A stretch of 33,252 bases of DNA from positions 1 through 33,252 of the forward strand of contig JAUCBJ010000017.1 in the NCBI GenBank assembly GCA_032718475.1. The letters are read 5' to 3'. The notes beneath the pieces are model-generated. The model had not been told where the DNA came from, searched no databases, and was given only the letters and a program-made list of their open reading frames with translations. This DNA comes from Nemertoderma westbladi. Lineage: Eukaryota > Animalia > Xenacoelomorpha. Within the stretch, counting starts at the first letter, position 1, and the number at the start of each line of letters is the position of its first letter. Of the stretch, positions 12,601-22,903 are shown one piece after another. Both the position numbers and the translations under genes were made by a program.

Positions 12601-15600
12601 GCACTAACAATATATGTCTTATTGAGTAACTCAGAGCCTTAACTGCACTAACAATATATGTCTTAGTGAGTAACTCAGAGCCTTAACTGCACTAACAATA
12701 TATGTCTTAGTGAGTAACTCAGAGCCTTAACTGCACTAACAATATATGTCTTAGTGAGTAACTCAGAGCCTTAACTGCACTAACAATATATGTCTTAGTG
12801 AGTAACTCAGAGCCTTAACTGCACTAACAATATATGTCTTAGTGAGTAACTCAGAGCCTTAACTGCACTGTCTTAGTGAGTAACTCAGAGCCTTAACTGC
12901 ACTAACAATATATGTCTTAGTGAGTAACTCAGAGCCTTAACTGCACTAACAATATATGTCTTAGTGAGTAACTCAGAGCCCTAACTGCACTAACAATATA
13001 TGTCTTAGTGAGTAACTCAGAGCCTTAACTGCACTAACAATATATGTCTTAGTGAGTAACTCAGAGCCTTAACTGCACTAACAATATATGTCTTAGTGAG
13101 TAACTCAGAGCCTTAACTGCACTGTCTTAGTGAGTAACTCAGAGCCTTAACTGCACTAACAATATATGTCTTAGTGAGTAACTCAGAGCCTTAACTGCAC
13201 TAACAATATATGTCTTAGTGAGTAACTCAGAGCCTTAACTGCACTAACAATATATGTCTTAGTGAGTAACTCAGAGCCTTAACTGCACTAACAATATATG
13301 TCTTAGTGAGTAACTCAGAGCCTTAACTGCACTAACAATATATGTCTTAGTGAGTAACTCAGAGCCTTAACTGCACTAACAATATATGTCTTAGTGAGTA
13401 ACTCAGAGCCTTAACTGCACTAACAATATATGTCTTAGTGAGTAACTCAGAGCCTTAACGGCACTAACAATATATGTCTTAGTGAGTAACTCAGAGCCTT
13501 AACTGCACTAACAATATATGTCTTAGTGAGTAACTCAGAGCCCTAACTGCACTAACAATATATGTCTTAGTGAGTAACTCAGAGCCTTAACTGCACTAAC
13601 AATATATGTCTTAGTGAGTAACTCAGAGCCTTAACTGCACTAACAATATATGTCTTAGTGAGTAACTCAGAGCCTTAACTGCACTAACAATATATGTCTT
13701 AGTGAGTAACACAGAGCCTTAACTGCACTAACAATATATGTCTTAGTGAGTAACTCAGAGCCTTAACTGCACTAACAATATATGTCTTATTGAGTAACTC
13801 AGAGCCCTAACTGCAGTAACAATATATGTCTTATTGAGTAACTCAGAGCCCTAACTGCACTAACAATATATGTCTTAGTGAGTAACTCAGAGCCTTAACT
13901 GCACTAACAATATATGTCTTAGTGAGTAACTCAGAGCCTTAACTGCACTAACAATATATGTCTTAGTGAGTAACACAGAGCCTTAACTGCACTAACAATA
14001 TATGTCTTAGTGAGTAACTCAGAGCCTTAACTGCACTAACAATATATGTCTTATTGAGTAACTCAGAGCCCTAACTGCAGTAACAATATATGTCTTATTG
14101 AGTAACTCAGAGCCTTAACTGCACTAACAATATATGTCTTAGTGAGTAACTCAGAGCCTTAACTGCACTAACAATATATGTCTTAGTGAGTAACTCAGAG
14201 CCCTAACTGCACTAACAATATATGTCTTAGTGAGTAACTCAGAGCCTTAACTGCACTAACAATATATGTCTTAGTGAGTAACTCAGAGCCTTAGCTGCAC
14301 TAACAATATATGTCTTAGTGAGTAACTCAGAGCCTTAACTGCACTAACAATATATGTCTTAGTGAGTAACTCAGAGCCCTAACTGCACTAACAATATATG
14401 TCTTAGTGAGTAACTCAGAGCCTTAACTGCACTAACAATATATGTCTTAGTGAGTAACTCAGAGCCCTAACTGCACTAACAATATATGTCTTAGTGAGTA
14501 ACTCAGAGCCTTAACTGCACTAACAATATATGTCTTATTGAGTAACTCAGAGCCCTAACTGCAGTAACAATATATGTCTTATTGAGTAACTCAGAGCCTT
14601 AACTGCACTAACAATATATGTCTTAGTGAGTAACTCAGAGCCTTAACTGCACTAACAATATATGTCTTATTGAGTAACTCAGAGCCCTAACTGCACTAAC
14701 AATATATGTCTTAGTGAGTAACTCAGAGCCTTAACTGCACTAACAATATATGTCTTAGTGAGTAACTCAGAGCCTTAACTGCACTAACAATATATGTCTT
14801 AGTGAGTAACTCAGAGCCTTAACTGCACTAACAATATATGTCTTAGTGAGTAACTCAGAGCCTTAACTGCACTAACAATATATGTCTTAGTGAGTAACTC
14901 AGAGCCTTAACTGCACTAACAATATATGTCTTATTGAGTAACTCAGAGCCTTAACTGCACTAACAATATATGTCTTAGTGAGTAACTCAGAGCCTTAACT
15001 GCACTAACAATATATGTCTTAGTGAGTAACTCAGAGCCTTAACTGCACTAACAATATATGTCTTAGTGAGTAACTCAGAGCCCTAACTGCACTAACAATA
15101 TATGTCTTAGTGAGTAACTCAGAGCCCTAACTGCACTAACAATATATGTCTTAGTGAGTAACTCAGAGCCTTAACTGCACTAACAATATATGTCTTATTG
15201 AGTAACTCAGAGCCCTAACTGCACTAACAATATATGTCTTAGTGAGTAACTCAGAGCCTTAACTGCACTAACAATATATGTCTTAGTGAGTAACTCAGAG
15301 CCCTAACTGCACTAACAATATATGTCTTAGTGAGTAACTCAGAGCCTTAACTGCACTAACAATATATGTCTTAGTGAGTAACTCAGAGCCTTAACTGCAC
15401 TAACAATATATGTCTTAGTGAGTAACTCAGAGCCTTAACTGCACTAACAATATATGTCTTAGTGAGTAACTCAGAGCCCTAACTGCACTAACAATATATG
15501 TCTTAGTGAGTAACTCAGAGCCTTAACTGCACTAACAATATATGTCTTAGTGAGTAACTCAGAGCCTTAACTGCACTAACAATATATGTCTTAGTGAGTA

Positions 15601-16022
15601 ACTCAGAGCCTTAACTGCACTAACAATATATGTCTTAGTGAGTAACTCAGAGCCTTAACTGCACTAACAATATATGTCTTAGTGAGTAACTCAGAGCCCT
15701 AACTGCACTAACAATATATGTCTTAATGAGTAACTCAGAGCCTTAACTGCACTAACAATATATGTCTTAGTGAGTAACTCAGAGCCTTAACTGCACTAAC
15801 AATATATGTCTTAGTGAGTAACTCAGAGCCTTAACTGCACTAACAATATATGTCTTAGTGAGTAACTCAGAGCCTTAACTGCACTAACAATATATGTCTT
15901 AGTGAGTAACTCAGAGCCTTAACTGCACTAACAATATATGTCTTAGTGAGTAACTCAGAGCCCTAACTGCACTAACAATATATGTCTTAGTGAGTAACTC
16001 AGAGCCTTAACTGCACTAACAA
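3631..16022. repeat. 44-bp tandem satellite, ~280 copies (12.4 kb)
   Basis: Consensus GTGAGTAACTCAGAGCCTTAACTGCACTAACAATATATGTCTTA, repeated head to tail with few substitutions and occasional 10-bp or 2-bp deletions. Confidence 0.99.
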
Positions 16023-16306
16023 AGTAACAAATAGAATATAAAACACGGGTTTATATTTAAATGATATTTTATTTTTTTGACTATTTGCATCAAGAACTCC
16101 CTTACCAGAAACTTTTCTCCAAAAACTACAATATTATTCACAGAATATAGTTAATTTATAAAGTTACACAGCCCCGAGAAGGAAGACGGATCAGTAAACA
16201 TCCTGGCAATAAAAATATCTCAGCTATTCGTCAATAAAGTAAAACTGTTTGTTCTCGATTTTGAGTTATTGAAGTCCGCATTCTATCTGTACTATCTAAT
16301 CACGAA

Positions 16307-19177
16307 AGTACAGACAATGTCTGCGGTGTGTCTAGTTATATAATACTGACAATGTCTACGGTGCTTCTGGTGATTGATATAGTACTGCCAATGTCTGCGG
16401 TGCGTCTGGTGATCGATAAAGTACTGCTAATGTCTGTGGTGCGTCTGGTGATTGATATAGTACTGCCAATGTCAGCGGTGCGTCTGGTGATTGATATAGT
16501 ACTGCCAATGTCTGCGGTGCTTCTGGTGATTGATATAGTACTGCCAATGTCTGCGGTGCGTCTAGTTATATAATACTGACAATGTCTGCGGTGTGTCTAG
16601 TTATATAATACTGACAATGTCTACGGTGCTTCTGGTGATTGATATAGTACTGCCAATGTCTGCGGTGCGTCTGGTGATCGATAAAGTACTGCCAATGTCT
16701 GTGGTGCGTCTGGTGATTGATATAGTACTGCCAATGTCTGCAGTGCGTCTGGTGATTGATATAGTACTGACAATGTCTGCGGTGGTTCTGGTGATTGATA
16801 AAGTACTGCCAATGTCTGCGGTGCGTCTGGTGATTGATATAGTACTGCCAATGTCTGTGGTGCGTCTGGTGATTGATATAGTACTGCCAATGTCTGCGGT
16901 GCGTCTGGTGATTGATATAGTACTGCCAATGTCTGCGGTGCGCCTGGTAATTGATATAGTACTGACAATGTCTGCGGTGCGTCTAGTTATATAATACTGA
17001 CAATGTCTGCGGTGCTTCTGGTGATTGATATAGTACTGCCAATGTCTGCGGTGCGCCTGGTGATTGATATAGTACTGCCAATGTCTGCGGTGAGTCTGGT
17101 GATTGATGATATAGTACTGCCAATGTCTGCGGCGCGTCTGGTGATCGATATAGTACTGACAGTGTCTGCGGTGCTTCTGGTGATCGATATAGTACTGACA
17201 GTGTCTGCGGTGCATCTGGTGATTGATATAGTACTGCCAATGTCTGCGGTGCGTCTGGTGATTGATATAGTACTGCCAATGTCTGCGGTGCGTCTGGTTA
17301 TTGATATAGTACTGACAATGTCTGCGGTGCTTCTGGTGATTGATATAGTACTGACAGTGTCTGCGGTTCATCTGCTAATTGATATAGTACTGACAATGTC
17401 TGCGGTGCTTCTGGTGATTGATATAGTACTGACAATGTCTGCGGTGCGTCTAGTTATATAATACTGACAATGTCTGCGGTGCGTCTAGTTATATAATACT
17501 GACAATGTCTGCGGTGCTTCTGGTGATTAATATAGTACTAACAATGTCTGCGGTGCGTCTGGCGATTGATATAGTACTGACAATGTCTGCGGTGCTTCTG
17601 GTGATTGATATAGTACTGACAATGGTTGCGGTGCGTCTAGTTATATAATACTGAGAATGTCTACGGTGCTTCTGGTGATTGATATAGTACTGACAATGGT
17701 TGCGGTGCGTCTAGTTATATAATACTGACAATGTCTGCGGTGCGTCTAGTTATATAATACTGACAATGTCTGCGGTGCTTCTGGTGATTGATATAGTACT
17801 GACAATGGTTGCGGTGCGTCTAGTTATATAATACTGACAATGTCTGCGGTGCTTCTGGTGATTGATATAGTACTGGCAATGTCTGCGGTGCGTCTGGTGA
17901 TTGATATAGTACTGACAATGTCTGCGGTGCTTCTGGTGATTGATATAGTACTGACAATGTCTGCGGTGCGTCTAGTTATATAATACTGACAATGTCTGCG
18001 GTGCTTCTGGTGATTGATATAGTACTGCCAATGTCTGCGGTGCGTCTGGTGATTGATATAGTACTGACAATGTCTGCGGTGCTTCTGGTCATTGATAATG
18101 ATTAGTACTGACAATGTCTGCGGTGCGTCTAGTTATATAATACTGACAATGTCTGCGGTGCGTCTAGTTATATAATACTGACAATGTCTGCGGTGCGTCT
18201 GGTGATTGATATAGTACTGACAATGTCTGCGGTGCTTCTGGTGATTGATATAGTACTGACAATGTCTGCGGTGCGTCTAGTTATATAATACCGACAATGT
18301 CTGCGGTGCTTCTGGTGATTGATATAGTACTGAAAATGTCTGCGATGCGTCTGGTTATATAACACTGACAATGTCTGCGGTGCTCCTGGTGATTGATATA
18401 GTACTGACAATGTCTGCGGTGCATCTGATAATTGATACAGTACTGACAATGTCTGCGATGCGTCTGGTTATATAACACTGACAATGTCTGCGGTGCTTCT
18501 GGTGATTGATATAGTACTGACAATGTCTGCGGTGCATCTGGTAATTGATATAGTACTGACAATGTCTGCGGTGCGTCTAGTTATATAATACTGACAATGT
18601 CTGCGGTGCTTCTGGTGATTGATATAATACTGACAATGTCTGCGATGCGTCTGGTTATATAACACTGACAATGTCTGCGGTGCGTCTAGTTATATAATAC
18701 TGACAATGTCTGCGGTGCTTCTGGTAATTGATATAGTACTGACAATGTCTGCGGTGCATCTGGTAATTGATATAGTATTGACAATGTCTGCGGTGCGTCT
18801 ATTTATATAATACTGACAATGTCTGCGGTGCTTCTGGTGATTGATATAGTAGTGACAATGTCTGCGGTGCGTCTATTTATATAATACTGACAATGGTTGC
18901 GGGGCGTCTAGTTATATAATGCTGACAATGTCTGCGGTGCGTCTAGTTATTTAATACTGACAATGTCTGCGGTGCTTCTGGTGATTGATATAGTACTGAC
19001 AATGTCTGCGGTGCGTCTAGTTATATAATACTGACAATGTCTGCCGGGTGTCTGGTGATTGATATAGTACTGACAATGTCTGCGGTGCTTCTGGTGATTG
19101 ATATAATACTGGCAATGTCTGCCGTGCGTCTGGTGATATAGTACTGACAGTGTCTGTGGTGCGTTTGGTGATATAGT
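16307..19177. repeat. 39/35-bp minisatellite, ~75 copies
   Basis: Two interspersed monomers: GTACTG(A/C)CAATGTCTGCGGTGC(G/T)TCTGGTGATTGATATA (39 bp) and ATACTGACAATGTCTGCGGTGCGTCTAGTTATATA (35 bp). Confidence 0.98.
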
Positions 19178-19311
19178 CTGTCATATTGACACAAATTTTA
19201 TTTTATATCGATCGAGACACTTTTTTCTCAAATCTTATGCGGCTGTAAACAAACAACAAATGTAATTTCCGAAACAAAGGGTTGGTTTAGTCACAGAAGG
19301 GCCCTTTATAG

Positions 19312-19590
19312 AAAGACAGTAGACAGACACACAGTAGGCCGACAAAGAGTAGACAGACAAACAATAGATAGACACACAGTATACAGACACACAGTAGACA
19401 GACACACAGTAGACAGACACACAGTAGACAGACACACACCGCAGACTTTACACAGAGTAATCAGACACAGAGAAGAAAGACAAACACCGTAGACAGACAC
19501 AGAGTAGACAGACACACAGTAGTCAGTCACACAGTAGGCAGACACACAGTAGATAGACACACAGTAGACATACACACAGTAAACAGACTC
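19312..19590. repeat. 15-bp minisatellite, left segment (~18 degenerate copies)
   Basis: ACAGTAGACAGACAC units; same family as 20046-22782. Confidence 0.95.
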
Positions 19591-19650
19591 CAAACAGATT
19601 CCAAATTTAGGAATCGCGTAATTTTTCTTAAAATTAATATCTCATATCTC

Positions 19651-19704
19651 TCCAAACCACGTACGCGTTTCGACCTTACTGAGTCTCATCAGCGTGGTGT
19701 CGGA
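19651..19704 (-). ncRNA. Minimal type I hammerhead ribozyme
   Basis: Minus strand reads UCCGA-C-ACCACG CUGAUGA GACU CAGUAA GGUC GAAA CGCG UA^CGUGGU-UUGGA. The core CUGAUGA/GAAA/UA is intact. Helix I is 6 bp plus a 5-bp extension, helix II is 4 bp with a 6-nt loop, and helix III is reduced to the palindrome ACGCGU. Predicted cleavage is between 19662 and 19661. Confidence 0.9.
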
Positions 19705-19753
19705 TTCGAACCTGGGACCTCGAGGTGAAGCCGAGACTACAACCACTAGGCCA
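19702..19753 (-). promoter_or_regulatory. RNA polymerase III type 2 internal promoter (A box + B box) in a degenerate tRNA-like head
   Basis: TGGCCTAGTGG and GGTTCGAATCC match the consensus and have tRNA-like spacing. A residual anticodon-like stem (CTCG/CGAG) remains, but the D and T stems do not pair, so this is not a functional tRNA. Confidence 0.82.
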
Positions 19754-19833
19754 CAGGTTCTTGAGATATGGAGTATTAATTTCAAAGCCAGGTGCCAATT
19801 TATTAGCCCCTGATTTTTATTTATTTTTTATTA

Positions 19834-20041
19834 TTGATAGTAACAATGTGTTGGCCTTGGCATGCTGTATCTTTCGAGGTGTTTGTTATTATACATTTAT
19901 TATAGGAAGGGATCTAGGGGTCTTAAACTCGAATTATAAGTTTATTTTACCGAAAATAACTTATCTTATCCCTTCCTATAATAAATGTATAATAACAAAC
20001 ACCTCGAAAAATACAGCATGCCAACACATTGTTACTATCAA
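19834..20041. mobile_element. Foldback/MITE-like element with ~74-80-bp inverted arms
   Basis: 19834-19913 is the reverse complement of 19968-20041 except for one substitution and a 6-bp duplication in the left arm. The 54-bp spacer has its own small hairpin (19936-19964). Confidence 0.8.
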
Positions 20042-20045
20042 CAGG

Positions 20046-22782
20046 CACAGGGTAGACAGACACAGAGTAGACAGACAGACAGTAGACAAACACACAGTAG
20101 ACAGACACACAGTAAATAGACACACAGTAGACAGACCCACAGTAGACAGACACACAGTAGACAATACAGACAGTAGACATACACACAGTAGACAGACAGA
20201 CAGTAGACAAACACACAGTAGACAGACACACAGTAAATCGACACACAGTAGACAGACACACAGTAGACAGACACACAGTAGACAGACACACAGTAGACAG
20301 ACACATAGTAGACAGATACAGATTAGACAGACACAGAGTAGACAGACACAGAGTAGACAGACACAGAGTAGACAGACAGACAGTAGACAAACACAGAGTA
20401 GACAGACACACAGTAAATAGACACACAGTAGACATACACACAGTAGACATACACACAGTAGACAGACAGACCGTAGACAAACACACAGTAGACAGACACA
20501 CAGTAAATAGACACACAGTAGACAGACACACAGTAGACAGACACACAGTAGACAAGACAGACACACAGTAGACAAGACAGACACACAGTAGACAAGACAG
20601 ACACACAGTAGACAGACACATAGTAGACAGACACAGATTAGACAGACACAGAGTAGACAGACCAGAAAAGACAGACACACAGTAAACAGACACAGAGTAG
20701 ACAGACTCACAGTAGACATACACACAGTAGACAGACAGAGAGTAGACAGACAGAGATTAGACAGACACAGAGTAGACAGACACACATTAGACATACACAC
20801 AGTAGACAGACAGACAGTAGACAAACACACAGTAGACAGATACACAGTAAATAGACACACAGTAGACAGACACACAGTAGACAGACACATAGTAGACAGC
20901 CACAGATTAGACAGACTCAGAGTAGACATACACACAGTAGACAGACACACAGTAGACAAACACACAGCAGACAGACACACAGTAGACATACACACAGTAG
21001 ACATAGACACAGTAGACATACACACAGTAGACAGACACACAGTAGACATATACACAGTAGACATACACACAGTAGACATACACATAGTAGACATACACAC
21101 AGTAGACATACACACAGTAGACATACACACAGTAGACAGACACACAGTAGACATATACACAGTAGATATACACACAGTAGAAATACACACAGTAGACATA
21201 CATACAGTAGACATACACACAGTAGACATACACACAGTAGACAGACAGACAGTAGACATATACACAGTAGATATACACACAGTAGACATACACACAGTAG
21301 ACACACACACAGTAGACATACACACAGTAGACATACACACAGTAGACATACACACAGTAGACATACATACAGTAGACATACACAGTAGACATACACACAG
21401 TAGACAGACAGACAGTAGACATACACACAGTAGACATACACACAGTAGACATACACACAGTAGACATACACACAGTAGACATACACACAGTAGACAGACA
21501 CACAGTAGACATATACACAGTAGATATACACACAGTAGACATACACACAGTAGACAGACAGACAGTAGACATACATACAGTAGACATACACACAGTAGAC
21601 ATACACACAGTAGACAGACAGACAGTAGATAGACACACAGTAGACATACACACACTAGACAGACACACAGTAGACATATACACAGTAGATAGACACACAG
21701 TAGACATACACACAGTAGACATACACAGAGTAGACATATACACAGTAGACATACACACAGTAGACATACACACAGTAGACATACATACAGTAGACATACA
21801 CACAGTAGACAGACAGACAGTAGATAGACACACAGTAGACATACACACAGTAGACATACACACAGTAGACATACACACAGTAGACATACACACAGTAGAC
21901 ATACATACAGTAGACATACACACAGTAGACATACACACAGTAGACAGACAGACAGTAGATAGACACACAATAGACATACACACACTAGACAGACACACAG
22001 TAGACATATACACAGTAGATAGACACACAGTAGACATACACACAGTATATATACACACAGTAGACATACACACACTAGACAGACACACAGTAGACATATA
22101 CACAGTAGATAGACACACAGTAGACATACACACAGTAGACAGACACACAGTAGACATATACACAGTAGATATACACACAGTAGACATACATACAGTAGAC
22201 ATACACACAGTAGACATACACACAGTAGACAGACAGACAGTAGATAGACACACAGTAGACATACACACACTAGACAGACACACAGTAGACATATACACAG
22301 TAGATAGACACACAGTAGACATACACACAGTAGACATACACACAGTAGACATACACACAGTAGACATACACACAGTAGACATACATACAGTAGACATACA
22401 CACAGTAGACATACACACAGTAGACAGACAGACAGTAGATAGACACACAGTAGACATACACACAGTAGACATACACACAGTAGACATACACACAGTAGAC
22501 ATACACACAGTAGACATACATACAGTAGACATACACACAGTAGACATACACACAGTAGACAGACAGACAGTAGATAGACACACAATAGACATACACACAC
22601 TAGACAGACACACAGTAGACATATACACAGTAGATAGACACACAGTAGACATACACACAGTATATATACACACAGTAGACAGACAAACAGTATACATACA
22701 CAGTAGACATACACACAGTAGACAGACACACAGTAGACATATACACAACACAGTAGATATACACACAGTAGACAGACACACA
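20046..22782. repeat. 15-bp minisatellite, main segment (~180 copies)
   Basis: Consensus ACAGTAGACA(G/T)ACAC. The G form dominates before ~20930 and the T form after. Confidence 0.99.
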
Positions 22783-22903
22783 TTGTGGTTTATAACTAAA
22801 CTAAATCAAACTCAATTCTGTACTGCTTGCGAGAACTTAAAGCACAACGTTCATTATATGCAATAAAATTAACAAAATTTACATCAATTTGTAAAATTCT
22901 AGG

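Larger units (their letters stand above)
19628..19785 (-). mobile_element. tRNA-derived SINE-like / retrozyme-like element carrying a hammerhead ribozyme, bounded by 23-bp imperfect inverted repeats
   Basis: Minus strand: A box TGGCCTAGTGG (19753-19743), B box GGTTCGAATCC (19712-19702), hammerhead (19698-19656), TTTT (19633-19630). The flanks 19628-19650 and 19763-19785 are reverse complements at 19/23 positions. Confidence 0.75.

Noticed and set aside
3631-16022. CRISPR-like array
   Set aside because: Units are directly head to tail with no unique spacers, there are no cas genes, and the context is eukaryotic.
16328-18671. ORFs of 60-256 aa on both strands
   Set aside because: They are translations of the 39-bp repeat and break at each 35-bp unit.
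19699-19760. Functional tRNA gene
   Set aside because: The acceptor, D and T stems do not pair; only the promoter boxes and a residual anticodon-like stem remain.
19235-22783. Cys-rich ORFs up to 935 aa (keratin-associated or metallothionein-like appearance)
   Set aside because: All three minus frames are open because the 15-bp repeat lacks stops on that strand, and there is no non-repetitive coding part.
22788-22820. Similarity to 27222-27247 (ATAACTAAATCAAACT)
   Set aside because: The match is short and AT-rich, so it cannot be distinguished from chance.
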